Assembly (NCBI GenBank): GCA_043784605.1 | Contig: JAYVYD010000018.1 | Coordinates: 1 to 57,317 of the forward strand | Length of the DNA stretch: 57,317 bases | Direction: 5' to 3' | From: Myxococcales bacterium | GTDB lineage: Bacteria; Myxococcota_A; Polyangia; Polyangiales; Polyangiaceae | Shown: positions 35,476 to 44,789 of the stretch, one piece after another | Numbering within the stretch: the first letter of the stretch is position 1 | Layout: each line of letters starts with the position of its first letter | Program-made: the position numbers and the translations under genes | Notes under the pieces: generated by a model | The model's database searches: none | What the model was told of the DNA's origin: nothing | What the model saw: only the letters and a program-made list of their open reading frames with translations

Positions 35476-36244
35476 ACGAGCAGAGCGAGTCGCCAGACGC
35501 ACACGAAGCGACCTTCGTCCCGTCCAGCATGTGGCACTGAGGTTTGTGCACCTGCGCCGGACCCTGAACTGCCGGGCCCGCGGAGGTGGGTTTGCCGCTG
35601 CCCTTGTTCTTCAAGTCGTCTTGGAGCTTGCGGTTCGCGGCCTCGAGGGCCGTCTTCTCGTCGAGGATCTTCTGCTTCTCTTCGGGCGTCGTCGCGCTCG
35701 ACAGCTGGCTGTTGAGGTCGTTCATCTTCTTGGTGTTCGCTTCGATCTGCGTGTTGAGATCGTTGAGCTGCGCTTGAAGCTGCTGCTGCTTCAGGTTCGC
35801 GTTGTAGATGACGACACCCGCGCCCCCGCCGACCACGAAGAGCGCACCGACCACCAGCCCGATGATGAGCTTGAGGTTCTTCTTGCTCTTGTCTTGGCTG
35901 AGCGCGTGGATCTCCTTCTCGTGCGCTTGTTGGCGCGCGAGAGTCTCCATGCGCGCGCGGTTCTCCGCTTCAAGACGCGCGCGCTCGAGCTCGCCGTGCT
36001 TGATCGCGTCGACGCGCGCCTGCTCCTCGCGTGTCCGGAAGTCCTCGGCGCGCCGCTTCTCGTCGGCCGCGCGCAGCCTCGCTTCTTCTTCGGCGCGCGC
36101 GCGATTCTCCTCGGCTTGCTTCGCCTGAAGCGCCGCGTCTTCGGCGCGCCGTCGAGCGTCCTCTTCCTGCTTGATGCGGTCCTCTTCGAGGGACATCAGC
36201 TCCTTCAGGGAAAAGAGGACCGAGCTTTCTTTCTGTTCCGCCAT
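35468..36244 (-). CDS. coiled-coil bitopic membrane protein with C-terminal Cys cluster, hypothetical
   Basis: ATG 36244. Charged E/R/A coiled coil, TM LKLIIGLVVGALFVVGGGAGVVIY, second coiled coil, tail ...KPQCHMLDGTKVASCASGDSLCSCD. Confidence 0.7.
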   Translation of the reverse strand: MAEQKESSVLFSLKELMSLEEDRIKQEEDARRRAEDAALQAKQAEENRARAEEEARLRAADEKRRAEDFRTREEQARVDAIKHGELERARLEAENRARMETLARQQAHEKEIHALSQDKSKKNLKLIIGLVVGALFVVGGGAGVVIYNANLKQQQLQAQLNDLNTQIEANTKKMNDLNSQLSSATTPEEKQKILDEKTALEAANRKLQDDLKNKGSGKPTSAGPAVQGPAQVHKPQCHMLDGTKVASCASGDSLCSCD

Positions 36245-36460
36245 GGACTTTCTCTTCTCGTGTACACCGATTGTTCCCAAGCCACTTCTCATGTCTTTGC
36301 ACGAGGAGCTTGAGACCAATTGCCAAAGGAAAAGGTACCGAGCTTTCACACTGTTCGCAAATGTTCTCTTCGTTACCGACGCCTACTTCAACCGTGGAAC
36401 ACGCGGCAACGGGTGTGTCTTGGCTCGAGCCCCGAAGGGCCGTGCTAACGTCCGCGACTC

Positions 36461-36676
36461 ATGGCCACGAATGTCTGCGCACACATCACTGGGACCGTTT
36501 GGAAGATCGAAGTCAAAGAGGGAGACGACGTGATGGAGGGTCAATCCTGCGTCATCCTCGAGTCGATGAAGATGGAGATGCCCGTGGAGGCACCCGCGTC
36601 CGGCAAGGTCGAGAAGATCGTTTGCAACGAAGGACAAGCGGTGAACGAAGGCGACGTCCTCGTCATCCTCACCTGA
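36461..36676 (+). CDS. stand-alone biotinyl/lipoyl carrier domain protein (71 aa)
   Basis: Biotin attachment motif ILESMKMEMPV in a single hybrid-barrel-sized ORF. Confidence 0.85.
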   Translation: MATNVCAHITGTVWKIEVKEGDDVMEGQSCVILESMKMEMPVEAPASGKVEKIVCNEGQAVNEGDVLVILT

Positions 36677-36716
36677 GCGAACTTGACGGCGTCTCTCGGC
36701 CACGTACCGTAGACCC

Positions 36717-37085
36717 GTGCAGGCCTTCCGTCTCGCTCCGTTCGTCGCGGCCGCCATCGTCTTTGGCATCGCTTGCGGCACCGCGAATTTGGTCGGTGCT
36801 GGCGGAGATTGCTTCGTCGTCACCGATTGCGAACCCGGTCTTGCGTGCGTTCCACAGAAGGACGGGCGCCACATTTGCTCGACCGACTTGACCAACATCG
36901 TCTTCGTGCCGGACGCCGCCGAAGCCGCTCCGCCCGCCGAAGCGGGTCCGGATGCGCCTGTATCGGACGGCCCCAAGCCGGACACGAGCATGAACCCCGA
37001 CACCAGCATGGTGCCCGACACGAGCATGCCGGACACGAGCATGGCGCCGGACACGAGCATGCCACCTGACGCCTCTGCGGGCTGA
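36717..37085 (+). CDS. PDTSM-repeat lipoprotein, hypothetical
   Basis: GTG start. Lipobox VFGIAC-G. Small Cys knot (DCFVVTDCEPGLACV...HIC), then PDTSMN-PDTSMV-PDTSM-PDTSMA-PDTSM. Confidence 0.6.
   Translation: MQAFRLAPFVAAAIVFGIACGTANLVGAGGDCFVVTDCEPGLACVPQKDGRHICSTDLTNIVFVPDAAEAAPPAEAGPDAPVSDGPKPDTSMNPDTSMVPDTSMPDTSMAPDTSMPPDASAG
36978..37061 (+). repeat. in-frame tandem repeat, 15-18-nt units (CCGGACACGAGCATG family)
   Basis: Five PDTSM units read directly. They share the GACACGAGC core with the repeat at 22280-22354. Confidence 0.85.
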
Positions 37086-37135
37086 GTTGGGCCCCAAGCA
37101 TTCTTGCCAAGCGAGCGACGGAACGTTCGCCGCGA

Positions 37136-40100
37136 TCAACTCTGACGCGGCGGTAGCGGCGGCGGAATCGACCGCGGAGCTTCATCCGCCAACTCGTCCT
37201 CTTCGATGATCTCGGCCAGATCATCCACCACCATGACGTCATCTTCGCCCGCGTCGTCCACCGCTACAGTGGCGGGGCGAGCGATCGTCTCATCCGAGAA
37301 GTCGAGCGCCGTCCGCTCTTGGGTGTTGATCAGTGGGTCGTGACCTGTCGCGTCCGCGTCCACCAGGTCCGCACTGGGCACGGGCGTTGGGTTGGTGTTT
37401 TGGCGATGACGATCTTCTGCTCCGCGCGCAAGCGCCTCGACCTCGTCGTGCGACACGGCCATCGTCGGCATCTCGCTGTTGCGCGCGGCCTCGACCTCGG
37501 CCGGCGTCTCTGAAGTGTCCGTGAGGGCGGCCACGATCGAGCCCGTGTCGATCGGCATCGACTCCGCGAGGTTCGTCGGCGCGGGCTCGGGCGCTTTTGC
37601 GGGGGGCTCGACGGCAACGGGTGGCGGAGCCGGCTTCGGCGGTGCGTACTGATCCGGGCCGGCGTTCGGGTCCGGCTTCTTCAGCATGTTGGATTTGGCG
37701 CGATCCAAGCCGTTCGTTGCCTCGGGATCGCCGGCCTTCATGCGGAGCACTCTGCGCCACGCGTCGGCTGCTTCTCGCGGGTCTTGCAGCTGTTCTTCCC
37801 ACATGCGCGCGACCTTGCGCGCGAGTTCCGCGCGCGTCGCCATGTCTTTGCCACGGAGGATCTGGTCCTCGTACAGCTGCACCATGCCGCGGTAGTCGCC
37901 GAGCTCGACGAGCAGATTCGAGAGCTCGTCCATCACGGCGGCGTCCGTCGGCGAAAGATCGTGGAGCTTCTTCAGATCGCTCGCGGCGCCGGCGCGATCG
38001 GACAGATGCTCTCGGCGAATGCGCGCGCGGCAGGCCAAGAGCTGGCGCACGAGCGGGCCGTCGAAGACCTCGGTAAGCGCGTGCGTTATCGCGTTTTCCG
38101 CCCGCGCAATGTCGCCGACCTCGACACCGAGCCCCTCGAGCGCTTCGAGCGTCGAGGTGTCGACATGCGCGATGAGCGCGTCGGCCATCCACGCGAACGC
38201 CTGATCCACGTCGCGGAGATCCTTGTGAGCGATGCTGGCCGCGCGTCGAAGCAGCGCCCCGCGCGTGCGGCCGCCGTCTCGCGCACCACCGCCGCCCGTG
38301 GAGAGCGCAGCGCACAGGGCGCGGCGCAGCTTCTCACCGCCCGTTGCCTTGTCTCCGTCGGAGGCCGCGGTCTGCAACGCGGCGAGCGTGTCCTCGGTAG
38401 GGAGGCCAGAGAGAGCGAGCTCGAGGAAGATGCGCGCGCGGTCGGGATTGCCCTTCGCCGCGGCGACTTGTGCGGCGCGCGTGAGTGCGCGGATGCGGTC
38501 TGCCGGCGCCTTGGCGCGAGACACTTGCCGCTCGTAGAGGTCGATGACGTCCTGCGATTTGTCCGCGAGCGCGGAGAGTCGCTCGATGAGCGGCTCGACG
38601 TCCCCGGGAGGCACATTCGCGAGGCCTTGCTCTCCGTGCGCGAGCGCTTCGGAACGCGGCTGTCCCGCGTGCGCTCGCGTCTCGGCTTGGCGCACGAGCT
38701 CTTCGGCGCGTGGAACACCCGTCAGATCACGGAGCAACAGATCTTGCGCCAGGAACAGCGCGTCCGCGTCGTTGGTCTTCGAAGCGAGCTGCTCGAGCTG
38801 CGTGGCGAGCTCGCGATCGCCGCCCTTCGCGCGAATGATCTCGATGGCGACACGCGCGGCGTCTTGATGGCGGCCGACCTCCGCGAAGCGATCGAACGCG
38901 CTCCTCAGCGCCGCCGTGCGATCGGGTCCGCTCTTGCTGTCGAACCACCAGTCGACGAGCTTCGCCGCGACGATGCCCTTCCAACCGAGCCGATCTCCGA
39001 GCTCCACGTATGCAGTGCGCATGCGCTGGTCGCCCTGATCGGCGAGCTCCGTCATCGCCGCGAGCGCTTCGTCTCCGCGGTCGAGTTTGTCGGCGAGGAT
39101 GGCCGAGAGCTTGAGCGTCATAAGGCTTGCCTCGTCGGCGTCTCCCTCGACCTCGATGCGGGCCGCGAGAAGCTCGGCCACGCGGGGCCACTGCTCGGTG
39201 CGCTCGCACAACCCGGAGAGCCGCGCGAGTGCGTCGAAGTCCTCGGGGTCTGCCTTGCGGACGATGTCGAGCGCGCGGATGGCTTGCTTCGGATCGTCCA
39301 GCTTCTCGTAGAGACGCGAGAGGCGTCCTGCGATCGAGCCGCGTTCCTGCGGATCCGCCGCGAGCTTCAGCTCACGCTCGAGTGCGTCCGTCGCGGAGGC
39401 GAAGTTCTCGCGCTTCTCTTGGAGATCCGCGATCGCCTGCAGCGCGGGCCGTGAGGTCGAATCGAGCTCGGAGAGGATCCACTCGTAACGAGCGACTGCC
39501 GTGTCCACGTCGCCCACGCCCTCGGCGAGCAACTCGGCCTCGCGGAGCGCGACACGCGCCTTCTCGGCGTTGTCGATCGCGATGCCGCCGAGTCGCCGCA
39601 AGAGCGTCGTCGCCTCGGTGTGGTCCTCGCGCTCCACTGCGTAGTCCACGAGTTTCTCGAGCGCTTCGCGATCGTCGCCGTCGTCGAGCACCTTGAGCCA
39701 AAGCTCGCGCGAGCCCTCTTTGTCGCCGACCTTGGACGCGAGGAGGTTCGCGGCTTGACGGCGCGCGGAGATGCGCTTGCTCTTGTCGGACACGCGATCG
39801 CCGCGCTTGCTCAGCAGCGCTACGAGCTTGTCCCAGCGCTCTTGCTTGCCGTAGTGCTCCTGCAAAGAGGCCGCGTATTCGTCTGCGTTGGGGTCGAGGT
39901 CCGTGGCCTGCTCCAGCCGCTCGATCGCGCTATCTTCTTGGCCCGCACGCAGGAAGTGCTCTGCCGCGCGCGCGTAGTGTTGTGCCTCTGCGCGAGGCTC
40001 GCCCGCGAGCTGGCCGCGTTGGACGCAGGCTTCGCCCGCGCGATCGAAGTGCTCCGCTGCGACGAAGCAGCGCTCGGCCGACTCCCAGAGCTTCGCGCTC

Positions 40101-42085
40101 TTCGCGGCCTCCGCTGCGTCTGCGTACGCGGCGCCCGCGTTGGCGTGATCGCCGGACTGCTCGCGCAGCTCACCGAGGCGCTCGAGAAGCTGGCCGCGCG
40201 CGACCGGATCTTCGACCGTGGCCGCGTTGTCCGCGATCACCTGCGCGGCCTGCTCGATCTGGCCCGCCTTCTCGAACAGCTTCGCGGCTGTTGCGACCGC
40301 CCGATCGTCCTCGGGCGTGAGCCGCGCGATGCGCGACCACGCCTCTGCGGCTGCCGAGAAGTCGCGGCGCTTTTGTTCTTGAAGCGTGGCGAGCTTCTTC
40401 TCGAGCGCGATCTTGGTGTCGATGTCGCCTGCCGCCGTCGCCTCTTGCTCGAGCAGGTTCGCGAGATCGTCCCACCGCTGGGACTTCTCGAGGATTCGCG
40501 TGAGCGCTTGGCGCGCGCTCTCGTCGGAGCGATCGATCGCGAGCAGCTGCTTTAGTGCGTGCACCGCGCCGTCGATGTCCCGGAGATTTCCTTCGCACAG
40601 ACCGGCGACCTCGCGGAGCCGCTCCTTGCGCGCGTCCATCGACTCGCGCGTGCCGGCGACCGCGCGTACGCTCGCCATCAACACGTCTCGCAGGGCCGCG
40701 TAGTCTCGCTTCGTGCGCAGGTAATCTTCGACCCACGCGAGCGCCTCGGGGTGCGACTGATCGGCTTCGAGCACCTCCTTGTATTTCGCGTAGGCCTCTG
40801 GCTTTTTGCCCTTTCCGGCGAGCATTTGCGCGGTGTCGAGGACGCCCTGGAGGCGCTCGGGCGGCAGCGCACTGACGCGGCGGGGGACGTCTTCGTCGGC
40901 GCCGCGATAGGTGATCGAGCCCGCCGTAGGCTCGATGACGCGGCCGCCGGTTTGAGACGCAGGCTTCGCGGGCTGCTGTGGCGGTTGCTCGAGTACGCCA
41001 GCGCGGATCGCCGCAGCGTCCTCGGGTCGGCCGGCCGATTCGTAGCTCGCGGCAAGGTACTCGCGCGCGTCGCCGGCCATGCTCCCGCTCGGGCTCGCGC
41101 TCAAGTAGGCGTGGAAGCGGTGCGGCAGCTCGTCTTCGCGCTGGAGCGTGCGTGCATAATACACGTAGAGCTGCATCGCGCGCTCGTGACCCGCGTCCAG
41201 GTCCAGCGCTCCTTGTGCGTACGCCAGGCCGTGCTCGCCGTCGTAAATCTCGGCCAACTGAACGAGCATCTCTGCAGCAACGGTGCGCTCGTCTCCGTTG
41301 ACGTCCTCGCCTGCCATCACGCGGTCGATGATGCTCGCGGCGTACTCTTGCTGAAGCGACGGGTCTTGGTCGTCGCCCTCGCGCGCTCTCTGCAACGCAC
41401 GCGTCGCGCCCGGTAGATCGCCGGCGGACTTGCGCGCCACGGCCTCGTCTCGCAACAGCGCAACGCGTCGCGCGGGGTCTGTTTCGATCGCCAGCTCTGC
41501 CTCGTAGAGCGGGAGCGCCTCCTCCCACGCGCCGAGACCTTTGACGAGCTCACGCGCCGTGAAGATGGCGAGGGCGTTTTGCGGATCGAGATCGGCGGCG
41601 CGCTTGTAGTGGTCGGCGGCCTTCCGCGGCTGCGAGAGCGGCGGCTCATTCCAAGCGCGACCCAGCTCCTCGTGCAGCGCCGCGACGACTTGGCGCAGCT
41701 CGGGGGATTGCTGCACCATCGGCGCGAGCGCCTTCGTCCGGCGATCCAGCAGCGCGACGAGGGCCTTCACGTCGCCCTTGTCGCGATAGAGCTGCGCGAG
41801 CCTATCGGCCGCGACCTGTTGCGTCGGATCCTTGTCGATCGCGGTCATCAACACGCGAGCGGCGCGGTGCGCATCGCCAAGCGCATTTGCCCAGACGTTC
41901 GCTGCCTCGCTGAGCCAGTGGGCGGCGTACGCGGTGTCTTGCGTCTCGTTGCCGACACGCTCCAACAAGAGTGCATACGACTTGGGGTCGGTGCCTCCGG
42001 CTTGATGCGCATAAGCGAGCGCCTCCTCATCATGCGGGTTCGCGACGAGTCGCCCTACGATCGCGTCGACTTCGCTCGGATCCAT
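37136..42085 (-). CDS. giant TPR/helical-repeat protein (1649 aa)
   Basis: Single uninterrupted ORF with GC3 bias. TPR-like A/L/Y/G periodicity throughout. Pro-rich and acidic C-terminal tail ending ...IPPPLPPRQS. Confidence 0.85.
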   Translation of the reverse strand: MDPSEVDAIVGRLVANPHDEEALAYAHQAGGTDPKSYALLLERVGNETQDTAYAAHWLSEAANVWANALGDAHRAARVLMTAIDKDPTQQVAADRLAQLYRDKGDVKALVALLDRRTKALAPMVQQSPELRQVVAALHEELGRAWNEPPLSQPRKAADHYKRAADLDPQNALAIFTARELVKGLGAWEEALPLYEAELAIETDPARRVALLRDEAVARKSAGDLPGATRALQRAREGDDQDPSLQQEYAASIIDRVMAGEDVNGDERTVAAEMLVQLAEIYDGEHGLAYAQGALDLDAGHERAMQLYVYYARTLQREDELPHRFHAYLSASPSGSMAGDAREYLAASYESAGRPEDAAAIRAGVLEQPPQQPAKPASQTGGRVIEPTAGSITYRGADEDVPRRVSALPPERLQGVLDTAQMLAGKGKKPEAYAKYKEVLEADQSHPEALAWVEDYLRTKRDYAALRDVLMASVRAVAGTRESMDARKERLREVAGLCEGNLRDIDGAVHALKQLLAIDRSDESARQALTRILEKSQRWDDLANLLEQEATAAGDIDTKIALEKKLATLQEQKRRDFSAAAEAWSRIARLTPEDDRAVATAAKLFEKAGQIEQAAQVIADNAATVEDPVARGQLLERLGELREQSGDHANAGAAYADAAEAAKSAKLWESAERCFVAAEHFDRAGEACVQRGQLAGEPRAEAQHYARAAEHFLRAGQEDSAIERLEQATDLDPNADEYAASLQEHYGKQERWDKLVALLSKRGDRVSDKSKRISARRQAANLLASKVGDKEGSRELWLKVLDDGDDREALEKLVDYAVEREDHTEATTLLRRLGGIAIDNAEKARVALREAELLAEGVGDVDTAVARYEWILSELDSTSRPALQAIADLQEKRENFASATDALERELKLAADPQERGSIAGRLSRLYEKLDDPKQAIRALDIVRKADPEDFDALARLSGLCERTEQWPRVAELLAARIEVEGDADEASLMTLKLSAILADKLDRGDEALAAMTELADQGDQRMRTAYVELGDRLGWKGIVAAKLVDWWFDSKSGPDRTAALRSAFDRFAEVGRHQDAARVAIEIIRAKGGDRELATQLEQLASKTNDADALFLAQDLLLRDLTGVPRAEELVRQAETRAHAGQPRSEALAHGEQGLANVPPGDVEPLIERLSALADKSQDVIDLYERQVSRAKAPADRIRALTRAAQVAAAKGNPDRARIFLELALSGLPTEDTLAALQTAASDGDKATGGEKLRRALCAALSTGGGGARDGGRTRGALLRRAASIAHKDLRDVDQAFAWMADALIAHVDTSTLEALEGLGVEVGDIARAENAITHALTEVFDGPLVRQLLACRARIRREHLSDRAGAASDLKKLHDLSPTDAAVMDELSNLLVELGDYRGMVQLYEDQILRGKDMATRAELARKVARMWEEQLQDPREAADAWRRVLRMKAGDPEATNGLDRAKSNMLKKPDPNAGPDQYAPPKPAPPPVAVEPPAKAPEPAPTNLAESMPIDTGSIVAALTDTSETPAEVEAARNSEMPTMAVSHDEVEALARGAEDRHRQNTNPTPVPSADLVDADATGHDPLINTQERTALDFSDETIARPATVAVDDAGEDDVMVVDDLAEIIEEDELADEAPRSIPPPLPPRQS

Positions 42086-42214
42086 AGGCGCGGCAATCTA
42101 CCATCCTTTGAGTTACGCAAGCAAAGCCGAACATGCCGCGTCAAGTTCGAAGGCGACAGCCGCGAACTTGAGCGGCTGGACGTGAGAAGCGAGCTCTTAG
42201 GGGAGCGGACTCAC

Positions 42215-42250
42215 GAAGCGCCGATCACTCGATGGTTCCGTACCGGACAC
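42215..42250. repeat. 36-nt perfect direct repeat, copy 1 (intergenic)
   Basis: GAAGCGCCGATCACTCGATGGTTCCGTACCGGACAC, identical to 42286-42321. Confidence 0.95.
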
Positions 42251-42285
42251 ATGCCCGCGACGTGCGCTCGAAAGGTGCCGTCCGT

Positions 42286-42321
42286 GAAGCGCCGATCACT
42301 CGATGGTTCCGTACCGGACAC
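42286..42321. repeat. 36-nt perfect direct repeat, copy 2 (covers kinase stop codon)
   Basis: Contains the last 7 codons (VRYGTIE), the stop and 10 nt of 3' flank of the kinase gene. Confidence 0.95.
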
Positions 42322-43756
42322 CGCTCGACGACGGAGCGGCGGCAGACGGCTTGCCCGCTGGGCGATGAACTTGAGCCGTGCCGTGCGGGGCAGCGGTGAC
42401 CTTGACCGTCGCCGAAGGGCGGGGCGCGGAAAGCTCGATCGTCGTCGTGGCAGGGAGCTCGACAGTCGCCTTCGACGACGGCGGCGCCACGAGCGACGTG
42501 TTGGGAGGGGTGGCCAAGGCGCCCGAGCTCGCGGCAGGCTGAGTCGTGTTTCCAGCACGCGGCCACACGACGAAGAGGGCAGTCGCGAGCCCGAGGATGG
42601 CGAGGGCGCCGATTGTGAGGAGCACGCGAGGGAGTCGCGTGGCAGGCATCGTGATGGCCTCGATCTCGAGGCTGTCCCCCGCGCCCGCGCGTGGTCCGCT
42701 GCCGGAATTTCGGGTGGAGATCGACGGGCGCATGCCGCTGGCGACTGCGCGTGCGGTCTCCATCGCGGTGGCGATCTCGCGCGCCATCGCTTCGGCATTT
42801 TCGGGTCTACCGGCCGGGTCTTTCGAGAGCGCGCGCATCACGACGCGCTCGATTTCTGGCGGGATGCGCGCCTCCGGGCACACGTCCGAGAAGGGCTTCG
42901 GCGTAGACTTGATATGTCGAGCCATCACGATGATCGCGTCGTCGTCCGTGAACGGCGGGCGCCCCGCGAGCATGTGGTAGAGGATCACGCCGAGAGAGTA
43001 GAGATCGGTGCGTCCGTCGAGAGGCTTGGCCTGAGCTTGCTCCGGCGACATGTACCGAGGCGTTCCGAAGACCGTGCCGGCTTGCGTCTCGATCGCGTTC
43101 ATCTCGATATTGTCGCCGAGCATCTTCGCGATCCCGAAGTCGAGCACCTTCACGGTCTCGGTCTTGCTGCCTTCCGAGGTGATGGTGCTCGCAAAAAAGA
43201 GGTTGTCGGGCTTGAGATCGCGGTGGACGATTCCACGCGCGTGCGCCTCGGCCAGCGACAGGAGCGACTGGCGCGCGACCTCCATCGCCATGTCGATCGG
43301 GAGGCGCTTGACGCGCGTGATTCGCTGTCCGACTGACTCCCCAAGGAGCAGCTCCATCGCCAAGAACAGCTCTCCCGACTCGCTCTCGCCGAAGTCGAAC
43401 ACGGTCACTGTATGCGGCGACGTGAGCACGCTGTTGGTGCGTGCTTCCCGCAGGAATCTAGCCTTTGCCGCCTCGTCGAGCGCGCGATCGCTGCGCAGGA
43501 TCTTGATCGCGACCTCGCGCCCCATGGGCATCTGCTTTGCGCGATAGACCGTGCCCATCGAACCCGAACCGAGCCTCGCGATCACGACGAAGCGCCCGTC
43601 GAGTACGCGGCCGAGCATCGTGTCCCCCGCGGCTTCGGCGTAGTCGCTTGCGCGGATGAGGTGCGTGCCGTCGTGTGCGCACGTCGTCGCCAGGCCCGGC
43701 CCCTCGTCGTAGCGCGCGCGGCACTTCGGACAGATCATGCCAGGCACCCTGCGCAT
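42296..43756 (-). CDS. Hanks-type Ser/Thr protein kinase with N-terminal zinc ribbon and C-terminal TM + Pro/Ala/Thr-rich region
   Basis: CPKCRARY...CAHDG. G-loop GSGSMGTVY, VAIKIL, HRDLKPDNLF, DFGIAK, GTPRYMSPE. TM VLLTIGALAILGLATALFVVW. Start is ATG 43756 or 43738. Confidence 0.9.
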   Translation of the reverse strand: MRRVPGMICPKCRARYDEGPGLATTCAHDGTHLIRASDYAEAAGDTMLGRVLDGRFVVIARLGSGSMGTVYRAKQMPMGREVAIKILRSDRALDEAAKARFLREARTNSVLTSPHTVTVFDFGESESGELFLAMELLLGESVGQRITRVKRLPIDMAMEVARQSLLSLAEAHARGIVHRDLKPDNLFFASTITSEGSKTETVKVLDFGIAKMLGDNIEMNAIETQAGTVFGTPRYMSPEQAQAKPLDGRTDLYSLGVILYHMLAGRPPFTDDDAIIVMARHIKSTPKPFSDVCPEARIPPEIERVVMRALSKDPAGRPENAEAMAREIATAMETARAVASGMRPSISTRNSGSGPRAGAGDSLEIEAITMPATRLPRVLLTIGALAILGLATALFVVWPRAGNTTQPAASSGALATPPNTSLVAPPSSKATVELPATTTIELSAPRPSATVKVTAAPHGTAQVHRPAGKPSAAAPSSSGVRYGTIE

Positions 43757-43899
43757 GGAGGGCGCGGTTTCGTCGGGGTGGTGGTGCTGGGGTAGAGACA
43801 AAGGGTGAACGGCGACCGCCGTTGAAGGAATGATCGCTTGCCGCGCGACCCTGTGCAAGCACGGTGCGAGGATTCGGTTTTGGACTCGGCGTGCGCGGT

Positions 43900-44712
43900 T
43901 CAGCGCAAAGGCAGGACGTTTCGCGGGTCGCACACGATCGACGCGTCGAGGATGGCCTCGCCGCCGACGAGCTTCATGGCGTCACGACCTTCGCGCACGC
44001 GGCGCGCTTCGAGGTGAAGGTGCACGAGCTCTGGAGACCCCGAGTCTCCGACCGTGCCGAGCGTCTCGCCCTCGCGCAGCACGCGGCCCTTTTCGAGTCC
44101 GGGCGCGGGGGCGTCGAGGTGCCCCCAAATGAGGACGTAGTCGCGCGGACCGTTGGCCTCGCGCAGCGTGTGGAGCGTGATGACCGTGTTGCCGAACAGC
44201 GAGCCCACGAACACCACGCGCGCATCGCCCTCCTGGTGATCGAGCACGACCGTCGCGATGGGCGTGCCCTTCACGCCGGGCAAATCGACGCCGCCGTGTC
44301 CGACCGCGTGCATCTTCACGCCGCGCCTCTGACGCTCGTCCGGTAGGTCGAGATCGTAGCCGCTGATGACGTGCCGACCATGCGCGAGCCCGGCGGGGAT
44401 GGGGTAGCGGTAGGCGTCGTAGTCGGCGGGTCGGTCGGGTCTGCGTGGAATTTGATCGTAGACGACGTAGCGTCCGGAGCGATCGTGGTGAGCGTTCGGC
44501 TCGGCCTCGCCCGCGCCGAAGTCGTCTCCTTCATCCGCGCGCACGCAGGTGCCATCGTCGGAGAGCTGGCCGCGCGGACAGCTTCCTGCGGCGAGCCCGG
44601 TCGAGATGCCCGGGTTGGCGATGGTCCGCGTGGCCGCGCGGCCGCCGGTAGGCGCGCCAATCGCGACGACCAAACAAGCGCCTGCCGCGAGCCAAACTGA
44701 TCGCAAGGTCAT
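43900..44712 (-). CDS. M23-family metallopeptidase
   Basis: ATG 44712 with a signal peptide. HGGVD (HxxxD) and VHLHLE (HxH) motifs. Confidence 0.85.
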   Translation of the reverse strand: MTLRSVWLAAGACLVVAIGAPTGGRAATRTIANPGISTGLAAGSCPRGQLSDDGTCVRADEGDDFGAGEAEPNAHHDRSGRYVVYDQIPRRPDRPADYDAYRYPIPAGLAHGRHVISGYDLDLPDERQRRGVKMHAVGHGGVDLPGVKGTPIATVVLDHQEGDARVVFVGSLFGNTVITLHTLREANGPRDYVLIWGHLDAPAPGLEKGRVLREGETLGTVGDSGSPELVHLHLEARRVREGRDAMKLVGGEAILDASIVCDPRNVLPLR

Positions 44713-44789
44713 CTTTCGGTCGAGATTATAACCCACCACGGGCTCTGCCCCTTCCGTTCGAACGGCGATGGCTGGTAAGAACCGATTCC

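Noticed and set aside
36385-36410. Sigma54-like TGGAAC...GCAAC element upstream of the biotinyl carrier gene
   Set aside because: The GG-to-GC spacing is 9 nt instead of the required ~11, so it does not fit the -24/-12 consensus.
12098-37061. Short tandem repeats (12098, 22280, 36978) considered as CRISPR-like or satellite arrays
   Set aside because: All are in-frame coding repeats with 12-18-nt periods and no spacers, and no cas genes are present.
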